Shown here: positions 54,041 to 64,000 of the stretch, one piece after another
Layout of the letters: each line of letters opens with the position of its first letter
How positions within the stretch are numbered: position 1 is the first letter of the stretch
Source: a virus
Lineage: Duplodnaviria; Caudoviricetes
IMG/VR virus record: IMGVR_UViG_3300042997_000575
Coordinates: 1,993 to 65,992 of that record
Length of the DNA: 64,000 bases
Strand: one strand, 5' to 3'
Notes under the pieces: model-generated
What the model saw: the letters and a program-made list of their open reading frames with translations, nothing else
Database searches by the model: none
What the model was told of the DNA's origin: nothing
Program-made: the position numbers and the translations under genes

Positions 54041-56466
54041 ACGACCCTTTAATAATGATTAATCCTTCTAGCTTCCCCACGCAGCTGGCAACAGATGCAG
54101 AGAAAGCATCTCAAGAATTTGGATTAAAAGTAGGACAGAGTATCATGTGGGAGTGGTTTGCCAAAACAGGCAATAACTGTAGGTACTATTCTCAATGGAT
54201 TGATTTTCATCGCATTAGGCTATATGCCCGTGGTGAGCAGTCTATTGCTAAGTATAAAGAACAATTCCAAGTTGATGGAGATATGTCACATATCAACCTT
54301 GATTGGACACCCGTTCCTATTATTCCTAAGTTTGTTGATATCGTAGTCAATGGGATGAATGACCGTCTTTTCCAAGTAAAGGCATATGCACAAGATGCTA
54401 TGTCAGCAGAGAAAAGAAGCAAGTTTCAAGAGATGGTTGAAGCTGATATGGTTGCAAAAGAATTTTTAACTCAAGTAAAAGAAGAGTCAGGAATTGATGC
54501 ATTTAATGTACCATCACAAGACTTGCCTGCTAATGAGCAAGAGTTAAATCTTTATATGCAACTTAAATATAAGCCTGCTATAGAGATTGCTGAAGAAGAA
54601 GCTATTAATACTATCTTAGATGTTAACCACTATAATGATATTAGAAAAAGAGTCGATTACGACATTACAACCATCGGTCTTGGTATGGTCAAACATTCTT
54701 TCGTTCCAGGTACTGGAGTACAAGTAGAATATGTTGACCCTGCTAATATGGTATATTCTTACACGGAATCGCCTACCTTTGACGACTGCTTCTATTTTGG
54801 TGAGGTTAAGCAAGTTCCAATTACAGAGCTTATTAAGATTAAGCCGAATATTACTAACGAGGAGCTTGCGGAAATTCAGCAATTGGGCACAGCGTGGTAT
54901 AACTACTATGGTGTTCTTCGTCCTTATCGTAGTGATTTGTTTAATCGTGATGTTGTTACATTAATGTACTTTAATTATAAGACAGATAAAACATATGTCT
55001 ATAAGAAAAAGTATAATGACAACGGAGGAAATAAAGTAATCCAAAAGGATGAAAGTTTTAATCCCCCTGAAGGAACAGAAGAAAGATTTGAGCGTATAGA
55101 GAAACGCATAGATGTTTGGTATGAAGGGGTAATGGTGATGGGATCAAGTTATCTATTGAAATGGGAGCTTGCTAAGAACATGGTTCGCCCTAAGTCTGCA
55201 TCTCAGTATGCATTGCCTCAATATATTGCTGTAGCACCAAGAATGTACAAAGGAGTCATTGAGTCTTTAACTAGACGTATGATACCTTTTGCTGATTTGA
55301 TTCAACTTACTCACTTAAAGCTTCAACAAGTTCTTCAACGTGTTGTGCCGGATGGTGTGTACATTGATGCTGATGGTATCAACGAGGTTGACTTAGGAAC
55401 CGGGGCTGCGTATAATCCTGAGGATGCATTAAGATTGTATTTCCAAACGGGTAGTGTTATTGGTCGTAGCATGACGATTGATGGTGATTTAAACCATGGT
55501 CGTATCCCAATCCAAGAACTTAATACTAATAGTGGTCAAGGTAAGATTACTGCATTGATTAATGCATACAATCAATACTTATCTATGATAAGGGATGTAA
55601 CAGGATTGAATGAAGCAAGAGATGCTTCTACTCCTAACCCTGATGCATTAGTAGGTGTACAAAAACTAGCGGCTTTAAATTCAAACACAGCCACTCGCCA
55701 CATCTTAGAAGGAAGTTTATTTATAACTAGACGTTTATCTGAGGCATTATCTTGCCGTATAGCTGATATATTAGAATACTCTGATTTTAAAGAACAATTT
55801 GCTATGCAGATTGGTAAGTTTGCTGTTGGTATATTAGATGAGATTAAAAATTTATACCTACACGACTTTGGTGTATTTATTGAAGTGTCTCCTGATGAGG
55901 AGCAACAAGCTCAATTAGAAGCTAATATTCAAATGGCTCTACAACGTGATCAAATATCACTTGAAGACGCTATTGATATTCGTCAAATGAAAAACTTAAA
56001 ATTAGCCAATGAGTTACTCAAAGTCAAAAGGAAAGAGAAGCAACGCATCGACATGGAGCAAGAGCAAGCAAAAATTAATATGCAAACTCAAGGCAACATT
56101 CAGTCGTCTCAAGCGGCAGCTCAAGCGGCTTTACAAAAGGTTCAAGCAGAATCTCAAGCAAAGGCACAATTAGCTCAGGCTCAAATGCAGTTTGATATTC
56201 AACGCATGCAAGCAGAAGCTCAAATAAAAGAGCAATTGATGAGTGTGGAATTTAGCTACAACATGCAACTTAAAGGCATGGAGGTTGAGAAGATTAAAGA
56301 GCTTGACATGGACAAAGAAAAAGCTAAGGATGAAAGAACTAAACTACAAGCCACACAGCAGTCTAAGTTGATTGAGCAACGCCAAAAAGACTTACCTGCA
56401 ATGGACTTTGAATCAGAAGAAGATTCACTAGATGGGTTTAGTTTAGAGCAATTCAATCCAAGATAA
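54037..56466 (+). CDS. Portal protein
   Basis: 809 aa after TerL; PVPIIPKFVDIVVNG, VTGLNEARD; long Gln-rich C-terminal barrel as in P22-type portals. Confidence 0.9.
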   Translation: MNDPLIMINPSSFPTQLATDAEKASQEFGLKVGQSIMWEWFAKTGNNCRYYSQWIDFHRIRLYARGEQSIAKYKEQFQVDGDMSHINLDWTPVPIIPKFVDIVVNGMNDRLFQVKAYAQDAMSAEKRSKFQEMVEADMVAKEFLTQVKEESGIDAFNVPSQDLPANEQELNLYMQLKYKPAIEIAEEEAINTILDVNHYNDIRKRVDYDITTIGLGMVKHSFVPGTGVQVEYVDPANMVYSYTESPTFDDCFYFGEVKQVPITELIKIKPNITNEELAEIQQLGTAWYNYYGVLRPYRSDLFNRDVVTLMYFNYKTDKTYVYKKKYNDNGGNKVIQKDESFNPPEGTEERFERIEKRIDVWYEGVMVMGSSYLLKWELAKNMVRPKSASQYALPQYIAVAPRMYKGVIESLTRRMIPFADLIQLTHLKLQQVLQRVVPDGVYIDADGINEVDLGTGAAYNPEDALRLYFQTGSVIGRSMTIDGDLNHGRIPIQELNTNSGQGKITALINAYNQYLSMIRDVTGLNEARDASTPNPDALVGVQKLAALNSNTATRHILEGSLFITRRLSEALSCRIADILEYSDFKEQFAMQIGKFAVGILDEIKNLYLHDFGVFIEVSPDEEQQAQLEANIQMALQRDQISLEDAIDIRQMKNLKLANELLKVKRKEKQRIDMEQEQAKINMQTQGNIQSSQAAAQAALQKVQAESQAKAQLAQAQMQFDIQRMQAEAQIKEQLMSVEFSYNMQLKGMEVEKIKELDMDKEKAKDERTKLQATQQSKLIEQRQKDLPAMDFESEEDSLDGFSLEQFNPR

Positions 56467-56476
56467 AATTATTTAC

Positions 56477-56484
56477 TACTTTTG
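56477..56484 (+). promoter_or_regulatory. Bacteroidota -7 box (TACTTTTG)
   Basis: Intergenic, upstream of the scaffold and capsid genes. Confidence 0.6.
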
Positions 56485-56505
56485 TGCAACTAAAATTTAA
56501 TTTAA

Positions 56506-57633
56506 ATGGAAAATTATCAAGTAAAGTTGGTAGACTTTGAAGAAAAGTCTGTCCAAGAAGTAGAGGAGACTTTACTAAAAGTACACGAGGAAAAGACAGG
56601 CATACCTCAAATTGAGGAGTCTGAAGAAATTAAGTTAGAGATTCCAGCTGAACCCGACACAGTTAATGGAATCTCAGGAGGAGAGCAATCAACTCCACAA
56701 GCACCATCATTTGATGATGCAGACGTTCTTTCATATATCAAAAGCAAGTACAACAGGGATGTTAATTCCATGGAAGATTTGTTTAAGCCCATTGAGTCTA
56801 ATCAGGAATTATTACCTGAAGATGTTTCAGCATTCTTAAAATTTAAGAAAGAGACAGGCCGTGGCTTAGATGACTTTTATCGTGTTAACCAAGATTTCTC
56901 TAATGAGAAGCCGGAGCGTTTAATCGCTACGTATTTAAAAGAGATGAACCCTGAGTTAGATGATGACGACATCCAATATGAGATGTCTGATAGATTTGGA
57001 TATGATGAGGAGATGGATGAGGAAAGAGATGTCAAAAAGAAAAAGCTTGCATTTAAAAAAGAACTTACTAAGGCAACAAGGTATTTCGAGGATCAAAAAG
57101 AAAAATACAGAGCACCAATTGAGTCGATTGGTAAACAATCTGTTTCTTCTCAAGACCAAGAAGAATTGCAGTCTTATAAGCAATACATGAGTCAGCTTAC
57201 TGAGCAACAACAGGAGCAGACAAAGAAGTCTGAATTTTTTGTTCAAAAGACAAATGAATTATTTACTAATGAATTTGAAGGTTTCAAATTCGGAATTGGT
57301 GATAAGGAGTTATCTTGGAAACCATCAAATGCAGAGGACTTAAAAAACAAACAGTTGGACTTATCTAAATTCTTCAACAATTTCGTTGATGAAAAAGGAT
57401 ACATTAAGGATGCGAAAGAGTATCATAAAACTATAGCTGTTGCTATGAACAGAGATGCATTTGCCAAGTTCTTTTATGAACAAGGTAAATCAGATGCCAT
57501 TGATGAGACTGCTAAACAAAGCAAGAACATTGATATGGGATCAGTTCGTACAACAGGCCAACCAATAGATAAGGGTGGCTTTAAGATAACAGCTATGGAT
57601 AATGATCACGGAAACAGACTTAGAATAAAATAA
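56506..57633 (+). CDS. Capsid scaffolding protein (putative)
   Basis: Acidic coiled-coil protein between portal and MCP. Confidence 0.75.
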   Translation: MENYQVKLVDFEEKSVQEVEETLLKVHEEKTGIPQIEESEEIKLEIPAEPDTVNGISGGEQSTPQAPSFDDADVLSYIKSKYNRDVNSMEDLFKPIESNQELLPEDVSAFLKFKKETGRGLDDFYRVNQDFSNEKPERLIATYLKEMNPELDDDDIQYEMSDRFGYDEEMDEERDVKKKKLAFKKELTKATRYFEDQKEKYRAPIESIGKQSVSSQDQEELQSYKQYMSQLTEQQQEQTKKSEFFVQKTNELFTNEFEGFKFGIGDKELSWKPSNAEDLKNKQLDLSKFFNNFVDEKGYIKDAKEYHKTIAVAMNRDAFAKFFYEQGKSDAIDETAKQSKNIDMGSVRTTGQPIDKGGFKITAMDNDHGNRLRIK

Positions 57634-57660
57634 TTTTCTAACCAAACAAAATTTACAATT

Positions 57661-59073
57661 ATGGGCTCAGTACAATCCGTACCTGGCTTTGCTTTAACCC
57701 CTTCGGCGGTAAAAGCAACATTGCCAACCAACTACATTACCAACTTCGATTTCATGAACCAGTATCTTCCAGATACTTATGAGAAAGAATTCGAGCGTTA
57801 TGGTAATCGTTCTATTGCATCTTTCTTACGTTTAGTAGGAGCTGAGATGCCGTCTAACTCTGACTTAATTAAGTGGGCAGAACAAGGACGTTTACACACT
57901 AAATATACTAGTGTAACTACTACTGCTGTTGTAGGAGCTGATACAGCTACTTGGACAGTTGCTGATGCTGGAGTTAACTGTAACTTCCGTGTTAATCAAA
58001 CTGTATTCTTATCTGCTAACGCAGGTTCTGCTTCTGACAAAGCTGTTATTACTGCTGTTAACTCATCTGCTAACACTTTCACAGTAGCTTACTATGCTGG
58101 TGGTGGACAAACTATCGCTGCTTCTGCTGTTTCTACTGCATTCGTTTATGGTTCTGAATTCACTAAAGGATCAACAGGAATGATTGGTTCATTAGAGTCT
58201 GAAGATTTATTCTTCGAGAACAAGCCTATTATCATTAAGGACAAATACTCAGTATCTGGTTCTGATATGGCTCAAATTGGGTGGGTTGAAGTAACTTCTG
58301 AGAATGGTGCTACTGGATATTTATGGTACATCAAATCTGAGCACGAGACTCGTTTACGTTTCGAAGATTACTTAGAGATGTCAATGGTTGAAGGTGTTCC
58401 AGCTGAGGCTGCTAGTGGAGCTTTGGCTTACTTAACAGTTGCTGCTTCTCAAGTACAACCTGGTGCTGCTGGTACTGAAGGTTTATTTGATGCTGTTGCT
58501 ACTCGTGGTAACGTATGGGCTGGTGGTAACCCTACTACTTTGTCTGACTTTGATTCAATCATCCAACGTCTTGACAAGCAAGGATCTATCCAAGAGAATG
58601 TTATCTTCTTAAATCGTCAGTTCTCTTTCGATATCGATGATATGTTAGCTTCTCAAAACTCTTATGGTACTAACGGTACTTCTTACGGTTTGTTTAACAA
58701 CGATGAGAACATGGCTTTGAACTTAGGCTTCAAAGGATTCAAGCGTGGTTATGACTTCTACAAGACTGACTGGAAATACTTGAATGATGCTACTTTACGT
58801 GGTGGTATCGTAGGTGGTGCTATCAACGGAATCTTGGTTCCTGCTGGTTCTACTACTGTATACGATCAAATCTTAGGTAAAAACGCTAAGCGTCCGTTCT
58901 TACACGTTCGTTACCGTGCTTCTGAGACTGAAGATCGTCGTTACAAAACTTGGATCACAGGTTCTGCCGGTGGTGCTCAAACTAGTGACCTAGATGCAAT
59001 GGAGGTTAACTTCTTATCTGAGCGTGCTTTATGTACTCTTGGTGCGAACAACTTCTTCTTGTTCGAAGCTTAG
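57661..59073 (+). CDS. Major capsid protein
   Basis: 470 aa, strongly biased T-ending codons, position after the scaffold, followed by a terminator. Confidence 0.9.
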   Translation: MGSVQSVPGFALTPSAVKATLPTNYITNFDFMNQYLPDTYEKEFERYGNRSIASFLRLVGAEMPSNSDLIKWAEQGRLHTKYTSVTTTAVVGADTATWTVADAGVNCNFRVNQTVFLSANAGSASDKAVITAVNSSANTFTVAYYAGGGQTIAASAVSTAFVYGSEFTKGSTGMIGSLESEDLFFENKPIIIKDKYSVSGSDMAQIGWVEVTSENGATGYLWYIKSEHETRLRFEDYLEMSMVEGVPAEAASGALAYLTVAASQVQPGAAGTEGLFDAVATRGNVWAGGNPTTLSDFDSIIQRLDKQGSIQENVIFLNRQFSFDIDDMLASQNSYGTNGTSYGLFNNDENMALNLGFKGFKRGYDFYKTDWKYLNDATLRGGIVGGAINGILVPAGSTTVYDQILGKNAKRPFLHVRYRASETEDRRYKTWITGSAGGAQTSDLDAMEVNFLSERALCTLGANNFFLFEA

Positions 59074-59082
59074 TAAAAATTT

Positions 59083-59110
59083 AGGGAGGGGGAAACTCCT
59101 CCCTTATTTT
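59083..59110 (+). terminator. Intrinsic terminator after MCP
   Basis: AGGGAGGGG-gaaa-CTCCTCCCT followed by TATTTT. Confidence 0.8.
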
Positions 59111-59135
59111 ATTTTAAAATTTAAATCTAAATCAA

Positions 59136-59882
59136 ATGTCAAAAGTAACTATCCAGGACAAAATGTATGTCCTAAAAAGAAAAACATTCCCTATGTCATT
59201 TATGTTGGCTGCAAGAAATACTCTTCGTAAGCCATTATTATATTTTGACGAAACAACAAATCAAAACAGAGCATTGCGTTATGCTGTTAATCAAAAGTCT
59301 CCTTTTGAGGATGAGCAAGATGGTAATGCTATTTTACAGCCAATTATTTTTGAAGATGGTCTATTGACTGTTGGAAAGAATAACCAAGTGCTACAAATGT
59401 TCTTAACTTACCATCCTGACAACGGAAGTTTATTTGAAGAAGTAGATACTAAAAAAGATGCATCTGCACAAATCGATTGGATGAATGTTCAGTTAGATGC
59501 TCAGTTAGCAGCTCGTACATTAGACTTACAAACTAAAGAAGCTATTGGTCGTATCTTATTAGGTACACGTGTTGATAAATTATCAAGCGAAGAACTTAAT
59601 CGTGATATCTTAATTCATGCTCGTAACAATCCACAAGAATTCTTGGATATGTTAAACGATCCTGATTTACGTTTACACAATATTGCGGCTAAAGCATTGC
59701 AAGATGGGTTCTTTACTTTAAGAAACAATAATCGTGATATCTATTTTAATTTGCCTGATAATAAAAAGAAATTAATGGGTATCCCATTTGGGGAAGATGC
59801 AGTAACATTGCTTAGATCTTACCTACAAAGTGACGATGGTATTGATTTGTATAAAATGCTAGAAAAAAAATATAGCAAATAA
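59136..59882 (+). CDS. Conserved hypothetical protein downstream of MCP
   Basis: 248 aa; LLYFDE...RALRY...SPFEDEQ pattern. Confidence 0.75.
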   Translation: MSKVTIQDKMYVLKRKTFPMSFMLAARNTLRKPLLYFDETTNQNRALRYAVNQKSPFEDEQDGNAILQPIIFEDGLLTVGKNNQVLQMFLTYHPDNGSLFEEVDTKKDASAQIDWMNVQLDAQLAARTLDLQTKEAIGRILLGTRVDKLSSEELNRDILIHARNNPQEFLDMLNDPDLRLHNIAAKALQDGFFTLRNNNRDIYFNLPDNKKKLMGIPFGEDAVTLLRSYLQSDDGIDLYKMLEKKYSK

Positions 59883-59887
59883 TATAG

Positions 59888-59912
59888 GGAGGACAAAAGT
59901 CCTCCTTTTTTT
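59888..59912 (+). terminator. Intrinsic terminator
   Basis: GGAGGAC-aaaa-GTCCTCC-TTTTTTT. Confidence 0.85.
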
Positions 59913-59913
59913 A

Positions 59914-59921
59914 TATCTTTG
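59914..59921 (+). promoter_or_regulatory. Bacteroidota -7 box (TATCTTTG) abutting the terminator
   Basis: 5 nt before the ATG at 59927. Confidence 0.6.
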
Positions 59922-59926
59922 TCATC

Positions 59927-60619
59927 ATGATAAATTCGGTGAGAAATACTGTAATGTCCATTCTTAACAAGGATAATAATGGATATATAACTCCTGAAGA
60001 ATTTAACTCGTTTGCTAAGCAAGCACAGTTAGAAATCTTCAATCAATATTTTGTGGACTTTAAAAACTCTAAACTAGAGGATTTTAAAGGAATGGAGTCA
60101 TCAGGCTACTCTGATATAACTAAGCAGATGGACCAAACCATTGACTATTTTTCTAAAAATGTGCCATTGGTTTATGATTCCCCATCTCAAACATTTGCAA
60201 TGCCTGCTGATTGGTTCTTGCTTAATGCATTGTATTACAACCAAAAAGAGATTGAGCATGTGGACCAAAGAAACGTCTATAAATTGCTACAATCTAACTT
60301 AACAGCACCAAATACATTGTATCCTGCATATGTTATGCAAGGAGATAATATGACTATTTACCCATTAACAATTGTTAATAATGTCGAAACATATTATGTT
60401 CGATTCCCATATGACCCTAAGTGGACATATACGTTAGTTAATGGTAGCCCATTGTTTAACCAATCGGCTGGTGATTATCAAGACTTTGAATTAACTAAAT
60501 CTGATTTCCCTAAACTTGTTATTAAGATTTGCGAATATGCTGGTACTAGTATTAGAGAGCAAGAGGTAGTATCTGCTGCTAAACAACAAGAAGTTTACAT
60601 GGATCAAATGGCACAATAA
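59927..60619 (+). CDS. Head-tail adaptor / ring protein
   Basis: NKDNNGYITPEEFN...AQLEIF pattern; first tail gene. Confidence 0.7.
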   Translation: MINSVRNTVMSILNKDNNGYITPEEFNSFAKQAQLEIFNQYFVDFKNSKLEDFKGMESSGYSDITKQMDQTIDYFSKNVPLVYDSPSQTFAMPADWFLLNALYYNQKEIEHVDQRNVYKLLQSNLTAPNTLYPAYVMQGDNMTIYPLTIVNNVETYYVRFPYDPKWTYTLVNGSPLFNQSAGDYQDFELTKSDFPKLVIKICEYAGTSIREQEVVSAAKQQEVYMDQMAQ

Positions 60620-61515
60620 TGACTCAAGAAGAATATTACACCAATAACGGGACAAATCCACAGGATAGCAATTGGGGATCATATCAAAATGTGACATTAA
60701 AGGATGTTGTTAACAACTTCCAATTAATGTACATGGATGACGGTGACCTTTTGAATAATATCAATAGGTATAAGATTCTATTCCATGCTAAGCGTGCTCT
60801 TCAAGAATTACAATATGATGGCAATAGAGTTATTAATACATTGCAACTTGATGTTGGTGATGACTTAAAATTTGTATTGCCTCCAGACTATGTCAATTGG
60901 GTTCGTATCTCTTTATTTTGTGGAGGTGTACTTTATCCGATGAGCGAGAATATACAAGCGAACTCATCAGTAGAATTTCTTCAGGACCAATATTATAATA
61001 TTCTTTTTGATGAAGATGGAGAAGCATTAATAGGTACATCTAAATTAGATGAATCTAGAATACTTGGAATCAACCAATGTTATTGTGAAAACAATGATCA
61101 ATGGGGATGGTATATTGATGGCTTATGGTATTTTAATTATCCGGGTGGACAATACTACGGATTAAATACTGAGACTGCTAATTCAAACCCAACATTTACA
61201 ATTAATAAAACCCAAGGGGTTATTAACTTTAGCACAGGCGTTCATCGTAGGTCAGTAGTATTAGAATATATATCTGATGGACTATACGGATTAAACGATG
61301 AAGATATTCCTGCTCCTAAACTTGCAGAAGAATATTTTTATTCATACATTAAATGGGCAATATTAAATACTAAGGCTAATCAGCCTGAGTACATTATTAA
61401 TAGAGCACGTAAAGAAAAAGTATCCAATTGGAGAAATACTAAAATTAGATTAAGCAATTTACACCCTGGCCGATTATTAATGAATATGAGAGGTCAATCT
61501 AAGTGGATAAAATAA
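60619..61515 (+). CDS. Tail ring protein
   Basis: LFHAKRALQEL...LPPDYVNWVRI...LEYISDG pattern. Confidence 0.7.
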   Translation: MTQEEYYTNNGTNPQDSNWGSYQNVTLKDVVNNFQLMYMDDGDLLNNINRYKILFHAKRALQELQYDGNRVINTLQLDVGDDLKFVLPPDYVNWVRISLFCGGVLYPMSENIQANSSVEFLQDQYYNILFDEDGEALIGTSKLDESRILGINQCYCENNDQWGWYIDGLWYFNYPGGQYYGLNTETANSNPTFTINKTQGVINFSTGVHRRSVVLEYISDGLYGLNDEDIPAPKLAEEYFYSYIKWAILNTKANQPEYIINRARKEKVSNWRNTKIRLSNLHPGRLLMNMRGQSKWIK

Positions 61516-63990
61516 ATGGCAGAATTACAAAGAAACTTTTTGCAAGGGATAATGAACAAGGATCTCGATCCTCATTTCCTGCCTGATGGACAATATCGTG
61601 ACGGATTAAATATAATTGTTGCTGATTCAGACGGAGGATTTGTGGAAATTGATGGTTCCAATAATGGGTCTGTGCAAAACTATCTTGGTAATGAATTACA
61701 AAACACAAGTTTAGGATTGACTAATGCTCAATGCATTGGGTCAATATCTTACGAGGCTAATAATTTAATTTATTGGCTTGTCGCTTCGGATACAGCTGAT
61801 GCTATTTATGAGTACAATGAAAATTTAGGGTTAACAACGATTGTTTTAAAGGCTACTAAAACTACACCAACAACACCGTCAATTTTAAACTTCAACAAAA
61901 CATTCTACGTTACAGGGATAAATTATATCAATGGATTATTATTTTGGACAGATAATTACAACCCTCCACGTAGAATTAATATTGAGCGTGCAAAGAATTA
62001 TGGTGTAAATGGATTTACTGAGGAGGATATTAATGTAATCGTTGCACCTCCTCTTCATGCTCCAAATATAGCATTAACATTAGATGGGAGTGCTAATAAT
62101 TTAGAAAATAAATTTATTTATTTTTCATATCGATATAAATACATTGATGATGAGTATAGTGCATTATCTCCATTTTCTTCTGTAGCCTTTTTTCCAAAAC
62201 CTTATGAATTTGACTATGGTGTATCTGAAAATATATCAATGGTTAATCAGTATAATAAGGCAACCATTTCATATAATACAGGAAGTAAAAATGTAAAAGA
62301 AATACAATTAGTATTTAGAGATACTCTTTCTTTAAATACTTATGTAATAGATAATATTGACAAGGCTGCAAATGGGTTTTCAGACAATGTTGATGAACAA
62401 TTTATATTTTCAAATAATAAAGTATTTACTATTCTTGATCCTAATCAAATAAATAGATTGTTTGATAATGTGCCATTAAAAGCTAAATCTCAAGACTTAA
62501 TTGGTAGTCGTTTAGTATATGGTAACTATACACAATTTTTTAATTTAGTTGATTGCGATGCTGAACCAATTGCCCCTGCATTTTCTTTAACTTATAATAT
62601 TGCAACCATAGGAGCAACTCCTATGCCAACTTTTAAAAGTAATAGAGACTATGAAGTAGGGATTGTTTATTTAGATGATTATGGTAGAAGCACAACAGTT
62701 ATAACTCCAACTGACAATACTAATACTATTTTTATACCACCAGCATATGCAAAATATTCTAATAGTTTAAGAGTTACAATTTCAAAAGATTTTAAACCGC
62801 CATGTTTTGCTACATATTATAGAATCGTTTTAAAACAAAACAAGCAAGACTTTTATAATATATTCCCATTGACTTATTTTTCTGATGGGGAATTTAAATG
62901 GTTTTTATTAAATCAAGCTGATGTTGATAAAGTTCCTGTTGGTACTTATTTATATTTCAAAGATTATACTTCAACAAGTACAGATATACAATATAAAATA
63001 TTAGATGTTGTTTCAAAAAGTGCTAACTTTTTAAATGATAGTAGATCACAGCCTGCTGGAGTTTATTTTAAAATAAAAATAGATGCTAATTTATTGCCTC
63101 TTGTATATTACTACAATTTTACCAATATAACATTAAGTACTAATGCAATTGAACCTGTAAATAACATGTATAGTGTTGCTGAAAATGCAATATTTTATGG
63201 AGTTGGTATAGCAGGAGATATGGTAACTGCTCCAGGTAATGTATATTCTGGTGTTAATGATATACGATTTAAAATTGAAATATCAGATACTAATAAATTT
63301 AAATATTATGCATTTTTATTAGGTACTCCATATACTTATGTAAATGAAGTTACCATTACTCCTGGATCAAATCAAACATTATCTTATACATATAATAGTA
63401 TTACTTATTCATGTAACATACGATTTAATTCTATTACTAATCTTGTATTAAAAGATTATTGGATAGTTAATTGTAGAAGCAATGGAAGTCTTAATATTTT
63501 TGGAGGTAAAACAAATTACTCATCTACTGCATCAGATTGTCCATATGGTTTTGTTACAGGAACTAATTGGAATTTAAATGGTGGATATGCTGGGGATAGA
63601 GAAATAAAAGCAGGAGCGGTTCTTACAATAAAAATGAAAGAACCTAATAATGGCAATACTACATCAACACAAACATTTTTAGCAAGTAAAGATTATGTAA
63701 ACATTGAAGAATGGTTTATTGAAGGAAATATTTATGCTAGTTGGGTTCAATATCAAGGAGCCCTTAGTATTGGTCCTAAAAATGTATGTTTTAGAAGAAT
63801 ACATAATTTTCAACTTTATTCAGGAAATCAATATAGGTGTAGCCAAGGAGGTGTAATTAATTCAACAACTTTGGATTATCCTGTATTTATGTGGATTTTT
63901 GGATTTACTACAGGATCAGGACCAACTATGGAAGTTACTTTTGATTTTCAAGAATCAGAATATCCATCAATTTTTGAAAATCAAAAGTAA
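61516..63990 (+). CDS. Tail stabilisation / muzzle protein, N-terminal part
   Basis: NFLQGIMNKDLD...GQYRDGLNI; FSYRYKYIDDEYS; DNVPLKAKSQ; KSNRDYEVGIVYLDDYGR. Ends abruptly at IFENQK*. Confidence 0.85.
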   Translation: MAELQRNFLQGIMNKDLDPHFLPDGQYRDGLNIIVADSDGGFVEIDGSNNGSVQNYLGNELQNTSLGLTNAQCIGSISYEANNLIYWLVASDTADAIYEYNENLGLTTIVLKATKTTPTTPSILNFNKTFYVTGINYINGLLFWTDNYNPPRRINIERAKNYGVNGFTEEDINVIVAPPLHAPNIALTLDGSANNLENKFIYFSYRYKYIDDEYSALSPFSSVAFFPKPYEFDYGVSENISMVNQYNKATISYNTGSKNVKEIQLVFRDTLSLNTYVIDNIDKAANGFSDNVDEQFIFSNNKVFTILDPNQINRLFDNVPLKAKSQDLIGSRLVYGNYTQFFNLVDCDAEPIAPAFSLTYNIATIGATPMPTFKSNRDYEVGIVYLDDYGRSTTVITPTDNTNTIFIPPAYAKYSNSLRVTISKDFKPPCFATYYRIVLKQNKQDFYNIFPLTYFSDGEFKWFLLNQADVDKVPVGTYLYFKDYTSTSTDIQYKILDVVSKSANFLNDSRSQPAGVYFKIKIDANLLPLVYYYNFTNITLSTNAIEPVNNMYSVAENAIFYGVGIAGDMVTAPGNVYSGVNDIRFKIEISDTNKFKYYAFLLGTPYTYVNEVTITPGSNQTLSYTYNSITYSCNIRFNSITNLVLKDYWIVNCRSNGSLNIFGGKTNYSSTASDCPYGFVTGTNWNLNGGYAGDREIKAGAVLTIKMKEPNNGNTTSTQTFLASKDYVNIEEWFIEGNIYASWVQYQGALSIGPKNVCFRRIHNFQLYSGNQYRCSQGGVINSTTLDYPVFMWIFGFTTGSGPTMEVTFDFQESEYPSIFENQK

Positions 63991-64000
63991 CTTCCATAGT

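Noticed and set aside
1-64000. Stop-codon reassignment as in some crAss-like phages
   Set aside because: Standard-code ORFs are long and densely packed, and TAG terminates genes cleanly (for example at 15265, 51830 and 59073). The suspicious 63990 stop is TAA.
1-64000. Diversity-generating retroelement acting on fibre genes
   Set aside because: No reverse transcriptase and no TR/VR pair differing at adenines seen.
1-64000. tRNA or other structured RNA genes
   Set aside because: No T-loop (GTTCGA) plus acceptor-stem pattern found in intergenic gaps by eye; a tRNAscan/Infernal run is still advisable.

Overview
The window is most of a podovirus-type tailed phage genome, very probably infecting Bacteroidota. 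The evidence is repeated TAnnTTTG -7 promoter boxes, a BT4734/VirE-N primase, a Bacteroidota-type SSB and a crAss/P22-like ring and muzzle tail. Layout: 1-15.3 kb (+) holds the end of the structural region (Thr/Cys-rich protein, three glycosyltransferases, muzzle C-terminal fragment, GNAT, three ejection-type proteins). 15.3-30.5 kb (-) holds replication, recombination and early genes. A divergence region follows at about 30.5-31.7 kb. 31.7-64 kb (mostly +) holds GroEL/GroES, small basic proteins, the lysis cassette, fibres, a homing endonuclease, an inverted three-domain glycosyltransferase, terminase, portal, scaffold, major capsid, ring proteins and muzzle. I saw no tRNA, CRISPR array, integrase, DNA polymerase or RNA polymerase. 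The main candidate system is phage-encoded protein O-glycosylation. About six glycosyltransferase domains, including a TibC/AAH-type Fe-Cys heptosyltransferase and a protein with motifs of plant Ser/Hyp O-glycosyltransferases, sit beside virion proteins carrying poly-Thr linkers and about 130 Pro-free Gly-Thr-Ser collagen-like triplets. Other notable signals are a shared PLAxTQF motif in small basic proteins, a homing-endonuclease insertion that left a recoded duplicate of its target's 5' end, a split muzzle gene, a duplicated origin-like element and a GATC-rich early region. All family assignments come from recalled motifs, not database searches.
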